From contig CAVRBU010000003.1 in the NCBI GenBank assembly GCA_963719315.1, forward strand, positions 1-64,000: a stretch of DNA of 64,000 nt, written 5' to 3'. The notes below the pieces were generated by a model. That model ran no database searches, was not told where the DNA came from, and saw only the letters and a list, made by a program, of their open reading frames with translations. Origin of the DNA: an uncultured Planctomycetota bacterium (GTDB lineage Bacteria > Planctomycetota > Planctomycetia > Pirellulales > Lacipirellulaceae). The translations under genes and the position numbers were made by a program. Below are positions 20,322 to 30,413 of this stretch, piece after piece (the stretch's first letter is position 1; the number at the start of each line of letters is the position of its first letter).

Positions 20322-20698
20322 ATGTCGAGGCGAAGCCCAGAAAAAGAAACGTATTGGCGGAAGATGCTGCATCGACAGCGGCGTGGTGGCGTCTCCGTCC
20401 GGCAGTTCTGTAAGGACCACAGCTTATCAGAGGCGTCGTTTTTTAGTTGGCAGCGTGAGATCGCGATCCGGGACCGCCAGACCGCCGGCACAACGGAGAA
20501 CGGTTCTTCATCTTCCCGTGAAAAGCAGCTAGTTCCGCGGCCAGTGAACTCCACGACTTTTATTCCTTTACGGCTGAGCGGCGCAAGTGCCATGGAGCTG
20601 GTCCATCCCGCGGCCACGTGCTGCGGATCCCGGCCGGGTTCGATGGAGACTGCCTCGAGAAAGTGCTGCAGCTGCTCGACCGCGAGATGGGCGCTTAA
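20322..20698 (+). CDS. tnpA: IS66 TnpA-like accessory protein (frameshifted near the 3' end)
   Basis: YWR.....RRGGVSVRQFC....LSEASFFSW HTH, followed by FIPL. Confidence 0.8.
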
Positions 20699-20700
20699 CC

Positions 20701-21093
20701 ATGCTTTCGGTGTCGAACCACGTACGGGTCTATCTCGCCCGAGATCCGGTCGATATGAGAAAGAGCTTCCACGGTCTAACTGCGCTCGCCGAGGGGGTGC
20801 TCAAGCAAGACCCGCTTTCCGGTCAGCTCTTTGTTTTTGTGAATCGCCGGCGGGACCGCATGAAGCTGCTGTACTGGGGCGGCACCGGCTTTTGTATCTG
20901 GTACCAGCAACTGGAAAGGGGAACGTACCAGCTGCCCGATCGTGCAACGGCCGATGAGAGCCAAGGCATCGAGATCACAACTTCGCAGTTGTCGTTGATT
21001 CTGGACGGCATCGATCTGTCTAGTGTTCGGCGACGCACACGTTATCAGCTCCCGGCCGACAGGCGCACGACGAGCGAGGCGATTTCAGCATAG
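20701..21093 (+). CDS. tnpB: IS66 TnpB accessory protein
   Basis: VDMRKSFHGL, DPLSGQLFVFVNRRRDRMKLLYW, LE.G. Confidence 0.93.
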   Translation: MLSVSNHVRVYLARDPVDMRKSFHGLTALAEGVLKQDPLSGQLFVFVNRRRDRMKLLYWGGTGFCIWYQQLERGTYQLPDRATADESQGIEITTSQLSLILDGIDLSSVRRRTRYQLPADRRTTSEAISA

Positions 21094-21220
21094 CGGTGAT
21101 GGTGACAGGTGCATCCGAACGGCTGGAGAAAAAATCCTTCAAACAGGTCTTGCGCCATCCGAGACGAGCTGGATAATACTTCCATTGTTGGTTCGCCAGC
21201 TCGTTCTTCATCCAATACAC

Positions 21221-22960
21221 ATGACGTCCTTTCCCTCGGATCCTCCGCAAGACATCGCTGCCTGGCACGCTCTGATTCGTGAGCTGCTGGCCGATCGGGA
21301 ACAATGCCACGAGCTGGAGCAGCAGCAGGCAGCCACGATCGCTGCTCAAGATGAGGCGCTGGCAAGCACGGATCAAAAGCTGACCGAACGAGAACGGACG
21401 ATCGTGGAGCAACAAGCGACGATCGATCGGCTGGTCGCAGACCTGGCTTTGCTCAAGCGATCGCTGTTCGGCTCGCGACGAGAACGCTATCTCGACGACC
21501 CGCTGCAGGGCGTGCTGTTCGAATCGGTGGAATTGCCAGAAGACACGCAGGCGGCCCCGGCGGAATCCGGCGAGCAACCGGCCGAATTGCAGCCTCGCCG
21601 CACCAGCCGTGGGCGTGGTCGCCGGGTGTTTCCGGACTTCCTGCCGCGAACACCGGTCCACCACCAATTGAACGACGAGGATATTCCCGAGGAGCTCCGC
21701 AACGACCCTTCGGCGAAACGCTTTTTCAAAAAGGCCAGCGAGATACTGGAATATGAGCCGCCGAAGCTGCATGTGATCGAACATTATCAGGAAGTGATCG
21801 CCCGCGACGACTTCACGGGCCAGACCACGATGATCACGGCCCCCAAGCCTTCCCCGCTGATCGACTCCTTTGCGGGGCCGGGATTGTTGGCCCACCTGAC
21901 AGCCAGCCGCTTCGCGGACCATCTCCCCTACTATCGCCAAGAGGACATCCTCTCCCGGTACGGGTTTCGCATTGGGCGGAGCACGCAGTGGCGTTGGATG
22001 TCTGCCTTGGCGGAGCGACTTCGGCCGTTGGTCGGCTTGATGCGGCAGCGAGCACTCCAATCGCTGGTGCTGGGCGTGGATGAAACGCCGGTGCGAATGT
22101 TGAACCTGGCAGTCCTCGGCGGCAGCGTGAAGGCGTACCTGTGGGGTACGGTAGGTGATCGCGGCCACCCGTACGACTGCTTTTACTTTACAGTCGATCG
22201 TGCGGGGGCCGGCCCTGAAGCGTTCCTGTCGGGATTCCGCGGTTATCTGCAGTCGGACGCATACGTCTGCTACGAACGGATCGCGCTGTCGAGCGACGAG
22301 ATCCTCAAGATGGGATGCTGGGCGCACTGCGCGGCGCAAGTTCGAGGAAGTCCACTTCACGGGCCCCAACGTGCGGACCCACACAGCGCTCGGGTACTTC
22401 GGCCGCCTGTACGACATCGAAGACCGCGCTCGCCCGCTGAGCGACCAACAGCGATACGAACTTCGTCAGCAGGAAGCCAAGCCCATCGTGACCAGCTTTC
22501 ATGAATGGTTGCTGGAGCATGTTGAGCGGGAGCTGCCGAAGTCGAAGCTGCGAAGTGCCATCGGTTACATGTCTAACCGCTGGGACGCCTTCCATCGCTA
22601 TCTGGAGCACGGGGCAATTCCGATCGACAACAATCGAACGGAAGCAGCGCTGAAGTACGCAATTCTGGGTCGCAAGGCGTGGCTGTTTTTTGGCAACGCT
22701 CGAGGGGGAGAAGCGGCGGCTACGTTGTTTACTCTCACGAAGAGTTGCAATCGACATCGGGTCGATCCCTATTCCTATCTGCGTGATGTGTACACGCGGT
22801 TGCCATCGCTCGGCGAGTCGGACCTGGAGTCGCTGTTGCCCGACCGCTGGATCCAAGAGCACCCCGAGCATCGGATCCAGCAGCGCGTGGCCGAAGCCGC
22901 GCAGCGTGCGGAACGAAAACGGTTACGGCGCGCCGGCGCCGGCAAAGACTTCGTGGTTAG
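21221..22960 (+). CDS. tnpC: IS66 transposase TnpC (frameshifts at ~22330 and ~22930)
   Basis: FADHLPYYRQ, VDETP, YLQSDAY, CWAH, IDNNRTE, LLPDRW. Confidence 0.9.
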
Positions 22961-22970
22961 TGAGCTTCAG

Positions 22971-23489
22971 ATGAGTTGTGAACCAGGCAAGATGTCTGAA
23001 ATGCTGAAGCTGATGTCGGAACGACTGCTGCGGCACCCGGCCCAGTTACCCTCTTCGGAAGCAGCGCACGTGGCGTTGTTCTTTGCGACCGCGGCATGGA
23101 ACGAGAGTGTTGGACTGTCGGGTGCCCGAGACGGCTATCGGCAGGTCTGGGAGACGATCGAAGCGGACAATCCGGCTCTGTGGAATGAGCTCAAGAGAGG
23201 CAATGCGAACCAGCTCATAGACGAGCTGATTCGCTACAAGCGCAGCCACTACGCGGATGACCGGCGCAGGATCCTGTTGTGCGGGATCGTCGACGGCAAG
23301 GTCCGCGTGGAGTGGTTGCCGCCGGCAGCCCCTGGAGTCGACGCACAATGGGAAACGAGGCTGTATGGCCTGGTGCGAACCGGTGATCGGCAAGGAGCGA
23401 TTCGCTTTCTGCAGTCGACGCGGAGCATGTCACGGCTCCGGGCAGCGAAACGAGTGCAGCGGGTCGCGATCGAACTCGGACTTGATTGA
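22971..23489 (+). CDS. Uncharacterised passenger protein inside IS66
   Basis: ~170-aa globular ORF (KMSEML...AAWNES...KRSHYADDRRRI) between the end of tnpC and the right TIR; start uncertain. Confidence 0.65.
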   Translation: MSCEPGKMSEMLKLMSERLLRHPAQLPSSEAAHVALFFATAAWNESVGLSGARDGYRQVWETIEADNPALWNELKRGNANQLIDELIRYKRSHYADDRRRILLCGIVDGKVRVEWLPPAAPGVDAQWETRLYGLVRTGDRQGAIRFLQSTRSMSRLRAAKRVQRVAIELGLD

Positions 23490-23824
23490 TCGCCGCGCGG
23501 ACCAACTGCAAATCACTTCCGATCCTCCCCTCGTCGATTACCACCAGCTACAACGCCGCTTGGGTGCCGCGGTTGCAACGCTCACATACCAGTTACGCCT
23601 GGCACTACTGCCTGACCGCCAAGGCACCCGTCACTATCGACGGGGCGAAAATTCAGGTGAATCAAAGGGCTCGATTGTAATACCACGTCCGATCTCACAT
23701 TACGCAGAAAAAAAGGCAGCGTCCCGCAAATGCGTGGACGCCGCCAAACCCTCTCCCTCTCCTTCTCCGTACGTAGGCGGATTTCCACTTTTCGCAGGAG
23801 AGATGCTACCCGAATGCTTGTCGG

Positions 23825-24898
23825 TTACCGCGTAGTTTTCGGGTTGCCCGCGTTGGCATTAGCATCCTGCGGTGCGGGCTGATTGGTGTTGCTCTGCACC
23901 GGCTCCCCAGCCGTACCCTTCGTGCTATTGGTCGATCGAAGGCCGTTAGAGGTGGTCCGTTCGGAGTTGGTAGTAGAGCCGTCACCGTTTCTTCCATTTA
24001 CATGCTCGGTCGTAAGCGGATAGAAAACATGGGCTGGGAAGACGTAACGTTGCCCGATCAATTGCAACCACAGCCGCTGTTGCTCGGGTGTCAGGATCGT
24101 ATTAATTTGATCCCAATATTGAGCATATACCTGGCTCCATTGCCGACCATCAATTGCATTGACATCTCGATACTGCGTCAATTGTTTGCGCCAATCATTG
24201 ACCAATTGACGAATCTGCACCAATTGCACGGGAGTAAGATTCAGTCGGTGTTGAATTACAGGATTATTGAAGCCGTAAAATCCCAAATATTGAAAATTGA
24301 GTTGATTGTAACGCGTTCGATAGCGTGGATCGGCAAACGTAGTGTCGAGCGTTCGATTGAAGTCCGTATTAAACTGATTTTCAAGCTGCTCCATTGTCTG
24401 AGCACGCTGTTGAGCGGTAAGCGTGCGACTCAGGTTGTTGTAGCTACGATGGTATCGACCATATGCGTCCTGATAAGCGCGGTTCAAAGTATTGAACTGA
24501 TTATCGTTAAGGTTCAATTGTTGTCGCACACCAGGATCCGCAAAGAACGCCCTTTGATTTATGTTGCCACCGACATTGAAACCCGCGTTGCGGCTGAGAG
24601 AATTTGTTCCTACCGTATTTCTACCCACAGGGTTGTTCCCTACCCCCACCGGACTTGGTCCGGTCGCGCCAGGCGCGCTTCCAACCGTGCCAGCTGCTCC
24701 AGGTGCCGTAACGGTTCCGGCCACCCCTGGGGTGCCGGCGGTGCCCGTTGTACCAGCGGTACCTACTGCATTGGCGCTTCCCGTTCCCGTACCGGTATTA
24801 TCTCCTCCACTCTGAGTGCTCTGTGACCAGACACTTGCAACAATACGTGCCGAGACTATGGCAACAAAAACAAATGCGAACGGAATGAAACGCTTCAT
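23825..24898 (-). CDS. Secreted Spy/LTXXQ-like protein, intact copy (357 aa)
   Basis: Continuous frame from MKRFIPFAF; GGAG RBS; paralog of 614-1698. Confidence 0.8.
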   Translation of the reverse strand: MKRFIPFAFVFVAIVSARIVASVWSQSTQSGGDNTGTGTGSANAVGTAGTTGTAGTPGVAGTVTAPGAAGTVGSAPGATGPSPVGVGNNPVGRNTVGTNSLSRNAGFNVGGNINQRAFFADPGVRQQLNLNDNQFNTLNRAYQDAYGRYHRSYNNLSRTLTAQQRAQTMEQLENQFNTDFNRTLDTTFADPRYRTRYNQLNFQYLGFYGFNNPVIQHRLNLTPVQLVQIRQLVNDWRKQLTQYRDVNAIDGRQWSQVYAQYWDQINTILTPEQQRLWLQLIGQRYVFPAHVFYPLTTEHVNGRNGDGSTTNSERTTSNGLRSTNSTKGTAGEPVQSNTNQPAPQDANANAGNPKTTR

Positions 24899-24969
24899 CT
24901 TCGAGTCTCCCTGTAACAGTGTGCAGCGCATCCGCCGCATATTCGTCCCCAACACGATGTTGCAATCCT

Positions 24970-24985
24970 TGCACTTCGTATGCCG
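24970..24985 (-). promoter_or_regulatory. Sigma54-type promoter candidate (duplicate of 528-543)
   Basis: CGGCATACGAAGTGCA unchanged while neighbouring bases differ between the copies. Confidence 0.6.
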
Positions 24986-25265
24986 GATGAACATTAATAA
25001 TGGCGCACTTTGTAGACATAATGTCGTACATTCTGCCACATGGCAGACAAGTAGCCTTTCCAAGTCAAACGAAGGCTGACTCTAGAAAGCCGCTTCGCAT
25101 TGTCACGGAGCTTGGCTAAAATGATGAAAGTACAATTCAGTTCATGGGGAGGGGAGGGGATATGTGCTGACGTTGCCCGCGGGCCGTCCGCGGACCGCTC
25201 GCTGACCAAAGTACCGACTCCTAGAACACACAGTCGTTGACGTTCTCGACGACACCCACCCGCCG

Positions 25266-25672
25266 GTGGCCGAGGCCTTGCGGCAGGCCATTGAGGCCAG
25301 GCGACCGGTCGGCAGAGAACTGTTGCACCACAGCGATCGAAGCTGCCAGTACACGAGCGACGCGTACCAGCAGACCTTGAGAGCCTCGGGGATCGAATGC
25401 TCGATGAGCCGCACCGGGAATTGCTACGACAACGCCGTCGCCGAACGCTTCTTCTGGTCCCTCAAGCATGAGTGGACCAAGCATGAGACGTTCACTGATC
25501 TCAAAGCCGCTCACCTTAGCGTGTTCGAGTACATCGAAACCTTTTGCAATACCGTGCGGCTTCATCAGTCGCTCGGCTATCAGTCGCCCGAAAAGTTTGA
25601 AACCGAGTACGCCCCGGTCCTAGCGGCGTAAACACCGGCCCCGCCGCTGTCCGAAAGTGGTGGGCTACCGCA
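25266..25672 (+). mobile_element. IS3-family 3' remnant (integrase core plus right end)
   Basis: HHSDRSCQY, SMSRTGNCYDNAVAERFF, RLHQSLGY.SP; ends ...GGGCTACCGCA. Confidence 0.88.
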
Positions 25673-26230
25673 GCCCCACGTTACGGCAACCAGTATTATG
25701 TCGTGGCCTTCAGGCTGCTTGCGGATTTGCCGAGCCACTTCATATCCGTCCATGCCAGGCATGCCAATGTCGAGAAGCACTACGGTTGGTCGGTACGAAG
25801 ACAGTATCTTCAATGCAGAAGGGCCATCGTTAACAATTTCCACTTCGGCTCCCAACAGTTTCAGCAGCAAGCCAAGAGTCTTTGCTGCGTCTTGATTATC
25901 ATCCACGATAAGTACGCGGTGATTGGGCAGTACCGACATAGGGGCGTCTGGGATATTCCTCGCAGTTACATTTAGTAATTTGCTCAAAGGAAGCCGAACT
26001 ACAAATTCACTTCCTTGATCCGCACCCGGGGCCACCACTTGGCCTCCGTGCATATTGACGAGCGTCCGCACGAGCGCCAGTACCCGTGTCACGCACCGAG
26101 ACGACTACGTTGTCGCCCTGCTGCTTGGCCCCCAGCAAGTAGAGCCGGTTCGGTCGAAAGCCACCGCCCAGCACGTCGTCGAGCCCTTCGATGCCGGTGG
26201 ATACTAAGGGCTTCTTTATTTCCGGCGATG
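25673..26230 (-). pseudogene. Collapsed KaiC-like ATPase / hybrid kinase remnant
   Basis: VSTGIEGLDDVLGGGFRPNRLYLL joined to VVVSVRDTG, then LALVRTLVNMHGG...GSEFVVRLP and a receiver domain cut by IS3. Confidence 0.75.
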
Positions 26231-26594
26231 GGGCAAGGGGCGACGACGTTGAAACTCACTTGCTTCCTAGAAAGGCTGAAAAAACGTCTGGGCGATGTTA
26301 TCGACAAAAGTGGCAGTTCACGGCTATGAGTGTCCGGAGACTCGGTTCAACGATCTAGGTTTGGCCAGCTTCGGTTTGCGGGGGACGCTTGAAGTGGCAG
26401 GGTGGGTTGCGTCCCGGAGGGGGCCGATGCGAACCCGGCTTGACAAGAAAACTGTCCGACAGAGTTCTGTCGCTCCACCCGGCGGCGAGCCGCTATCGAG
26501 TTTGCAAACAAAAGCCCCCTCCAAACATGCGAGGGCACGGATTTCGATCACTGTTAAATCTAGGGAGTTCATCTAAATCGAGAGGGAGTTCATC

Positions 26595-26672
26595 ATGGCC
26601 ATTCTTACAACGTCTGAGGATCTTGCAGCGGCTGAGTACTCGCTCTTGTACTTGCTTCTCGGTGGTGGTTAA
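26595..26672 (+). pseudogene. Truncated paralog of the 8339 microprotein
   Basis: GAGGGAG RBS; MAILTTSEDLAAAEYSLLYLLLGGG* versus AAAGYSLIYLLLGGG. Confidence 0.65.
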
Positions 26673-27140
26673 GACAATTATGCTAGGAACTGCCGGAGAC
26701 GGCGTTCTTCCATGAATTGTTGTTGGCCTGCACTCAAGATGCACCGATGAATGCCCCGACAATGCAAACGCAGATTCTTGAGAAGAGTTTCATTTTTGGA
26801 TGACGCGAGAAATGTCGCGGCCGGATGGCATGGCGTATTCTCTCTCTGAAGTAGCTGCCGATGCAAGAAAAATAAGGTGTCGAATCGAACTTTGCGTTTG
26901 ATTGCTGCGTCGGAATCGATAAATCCGCTCAACAATGCAATTCTTTGGCTGCTTCTTTGGCCCTGGGCCGACAGCAGCCAAATGCGGAGATCGGTTTTTA
27001 AGTCGAGGGCTTTTTTTCCGCGTAGTCACACCTAAAGATGAACTTCAGCGGTTTTATGGATTTCAGCGATCTTCTGGAAAGCGAATTTGTCCAAAGAAAG
27101 TTGCGCTGGTTGCGATAGTCAAGTTACAATCTTGTTTCCA

Positions 27141-27868
27141 ATGCCATTAGATACACTATTCGCCGCATCCGCAGGTTTGTTACACCGCGATCATCGCCCC
27201 GAGATTATGGACCAATTGGGTCTAGATTACCTCAAACATCGCAGTGCGTTAACCGGATTGCGTCGTTTAAATCTAGCGAGCGGCGTTTGCAAGCAGCTAT
27301 GTAAAGAATTAATTCGCTTTGGTCATACTCTTGGAGTTGCCAGGTTGAATGTTTTGGATATCGCAAGCGGAGGCGGCGACGTGCCTTTTGGACTGTGGAA
27401 GCTTGCGCAAGAAGGGATTGGACCTCCGCATTTGCGGGCTCGACATTAGTGCCCCTGCATGCGAATTTGCTACGGAACACTGTCGACCGGCGGGCGGGTC
27501 GATCACTTTTAGTCAAACAGATGTAGTGCGTGATCCCATACCCGGGGGATTCGATGTCGTGACTTGTTCATTGTTTCTTCATCATTTGACTCGCGAGCAA
27601 GCGTCAACCATGCTAACAAAGATGGCTTCCTCCGCGCTTGCTGCTCGCAAATGATTTACGTCGATGCGCCACAGGTTTCTTGATAGCACAATTTGCGTGC
27701 CGCTGCCTCACCACTTCACCTGTTGTTAGGTACGACGGTCCCCAATCTGTGGCGAATGCCTTTACCGCGCTAGAAATGCGGGAACTCTGTGTCGCGGCAG
27801 GCTTGGAGGATGCAATAGTCCACAAAACTTGGCCGTTCCGAATGCTCATTAGACGGGAAGCAGGATAA
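27141..27868 (+). CDS. SAM-dependent methyltransferase (two frameshifts)
   Basis: EIMD, VLDIASGGGD, GLDIS, CSLFLHH, NDLRR, DGPQSV motifs. Confidence 0.85.
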
Positions 27869-27875
27869 CGTTTTC

Positions 27876-29022
27876 ATGAACGGTGACGAATGGAGTAACT
27901 TAGTGGCGCGGCGAGACCCTTGGGACGTCGTGGTGCTAGGCGGTGGTCCGGCAGGGACGATCGCAGCGCGGCAACTTACTCTAAACGGATACCACGTGCT
28001 GCTGGTGGATAAATCAGAGTTTCCACGGTTTAAAGTATGTGGTGGTTGTCTTGGAGGCGCGGCCCTCGATGTGCTTGAGAAAGTCGGGCTGGGAGATTTA
28101 CCTTCGAACTGCGGAGGAATTCCGCTTAAGAAAATGCGCCTAGCCAGTGGCGGATTCACGGCGGAGTTTGAAATTGGCCGTCGAATTGCCGTCTCGCGCC
28201 AGGCCTTTGACGCGGCGCTGATTGCAGAAGCAGTCCATTCAGGAACGACGCTATGCACGGAAACCACAGGCTCGCTCCAGTTATCCGCGGAAACGGACGC
28301 TAACAGGGTCGTACTTCGACGACAAAAAAGAGCAGTAGTTGTGGCGACGAAGGTGGTAGTGGTTGCAACCGGCCTGGCGCCTTCTCCACCAGGCTACTAC
28401 ACACATGTAGGCGCGGAAATCATGGGTTGGTCTGGGGGCGATGCTGGAGAATGCTCCCGGGCTCGACGAGCCCGGGATTCTTCATATGTCGTGGGAAGCC
28501 GAAGGATATGTGGGAATTGCACCTGTCGAAAACGGCCAACTGGACATCGCAGCCGCCGTCGCCCCAGCAGCATTAACTGCAGCTACATCGCCGGCAGCAC
28601 TCGTCGCACATATTTTGAGAAAGTCGGGACATCAGATGTTAGAGGGCTTGGAAATAGCCAAATGGCGCGGCACTCCGCAGCTCACGAGATGGACTCGGCC
28701 GCTGGGTTCGAACCGCTGCTTGATTGTGGGTGATGCTGCTGGGTATGCAGAACCTTTCACTGGAGAAGGAATCGGCTGGGCCATGCGCTCGGCGGTTCAG
28801 GCTTGTAGTTTATTGAAAAACGGTCTCGATGAGTGGGACCAAGGATTGCCAGAACGCTGGCGAAAATTGCACGATCAAACATTTGGTCGACATCAGCGAC
28901 AATGTCTTCGGTTTGTTCAACTGATGCGCAGTAAGACCCTTCGGAGTATTGCATTGCGCAGTTTGCGTTGGGCTCCCAATCTCGCTTGCCCATTTGTTCG
29001 ACAGTTTGACCATTTGTATTAG
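27876..29022 (+). CDS. NAD(P)/FAD-dependent oxidoreductase (GGR-like), frameshift at ~28410
   Basis: VLGGGPAG, FPRFKVCGG, GDAAGYAEPFTGEGI. Confidence 0.9.
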
Positions 29023-29071
29023 TCGTGCTCGAAAGCCAGCGGGTGATTCTCAAGCTCAATAAGCCAAGACT

Positions 29072-30172
29072 ATGCATATACCAATTATTTCCGTAGCGAC
29101 TGCAACACCGATTCATCAACTGAGCCAAAGGGACGCTCTCGCCATGGCGCAGCGAATATGCTGTGTCGATAAGAGGCAGTCGCGGTTGGCGAGCGCGCTT
29201 TATAGGAAGTCCGGGGTCCAAAATCGACAGACCTCTCTGCCTTACGCAGAGGCTTATCGTTGGGCGCCAGACAGGCAACTTGCCGAACTCTCCACGCCAA
29301 ATGTCGGACCGAGCACGGAAGAGCGAATGGTGCTCTACGAGCGTCATGCACTGCCACTTGCTCTTAAGGCGGCTGGTCAAGCGATGGCTCGATCCGGAAT
29401 TTTCGCAGATGCAATTACCCACGTCGTTACCGCATCTTGCACGGGGTTTAATGCGCCGGGAGTCGATTGTGGGTTGATCCGGGAATTGCACCTTCGTCCC
29501 ACAACAGAAAGAGTAAATGTGGGCTACATGGGCTGTCACGGAGCTATAAATGCGCTTCGAGTCGCTCACGGACTCGGGCACGCTGATCCAAAAGCGCGAA
29601 TCATACTTTGCGCGGTCGAACTTTGTAGCTTGCATTACTGCTTCCATTGGAACAGTGAACGGATGCTTGGAAATGCTCTATTTGCAGACGGCGCCGGTGC
29701 GGTCGTACTCGGGGCTGAACCAGAGACAACCTCGAATCCTTCGCTAGGACAATGGCGACTGGCGGCGACTGGTTCGTATCTGTTCCCCGATACCGCCGCG
29801 ATCATGAAGTGGAATATTGAGAATCACGGCTTCGCAATGTCTATCTCTTCTCGATTGCCAGAACTAGTCCAAGAGAACCTTTGCGAATGGCTAACCGCGT
29901 GGCTGGCGGAGAACAATTTAAGTGTCGATGATGTGCAATCCTGGGCAGTCCATCCTGGCGGACCGAAAATTCTAGAAGCAGTTGAAACATCGATAGGAAT
30001 TACCACAAGCCAACTCCAAGTTTCGCGTGATGTGCTCTGCCAGTTTGGCAATATGTCCTCTGCAACGGTTCTATTTATCTTGGAATCGTTGCTAGCCAAC
30101 GGTGCTTCTGCACCGTGCGTGATGCTTGGCTTTGGTCCAGGCTTAGTCGCTGAGGCAGCTTTGTTTCTATGA
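29072..30172 (+). CDS. Type III polyketide synthase
   Basis: Cys-His-Asn catalytic triad in GYMGCHG, AVHPGG and FGNMSS; LFADGA; GFGPGL. Confidence 0.96.
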   Translation: MHIPIISVATATPIHQLSQRDALAMAQRICCVDKRQSRLASALYRKSGVQNRQTSLPYAEAYRWAPDRQLAELSTPNVGPSTEERMVLYERHALPLALKAAGQAMARSGIFADAITHVVTASCTGFNAPGVDCGLIRELHLRPTTERVNVGYMGCHGAINALRVAHGLGHADPKARIILCAVELCSLHYCFHWNSERMLGNALFADGAGAVVLGAEPETTSNPSLGQWRLAATGSYLFPDTAAIMKWNIENHGFAMSISSRLPELVQENLCEWLTAWLAENNLSVDDVQSWAVHPGGPKILEAVETSIGITTSQLQVSRDVLCQFGNMSSATVLFILESLLANGASAPCVMLGFGPGLVAEAALFL

Positions 30173-30413
30173 CGAACCGAGCGGTTGATGTGATAATCGC
30201 CGGTCGACTACATTTAGGTTACCCCGATTCTCGTACAAGGGGAGTCGCCGCTCGATCTGAACGAAGTCGGATTCACATTCACATCAGACGGAGATCCGAG
30301 TTCGGAGATTTCCGATATATTTCAATTGATCACGCCGTCGGGCCCGCGGACCGCCGTCATAACCGAGGAAATGAAATTATAGGGAATCCCGCTTACGTTT
30401 ACTGAGCCGCTAA

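Larger units (their letters stand above)
20238..23585 (+). mobile_element. IS66-family element with a passenger ORF
   Basis: TIR GTGAGCGTTGCAACCG(T/C)GGCA at both ends; 8-bp TSD ATACCAGT (20230-20237, 23586-23593). Confidence 0.93.
23645..25268 (-). repeat. Copy B of the inverted duplication
   Basis: Reverse complement of 18-1858, with two upstream deletions. Confidence 0.95.
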
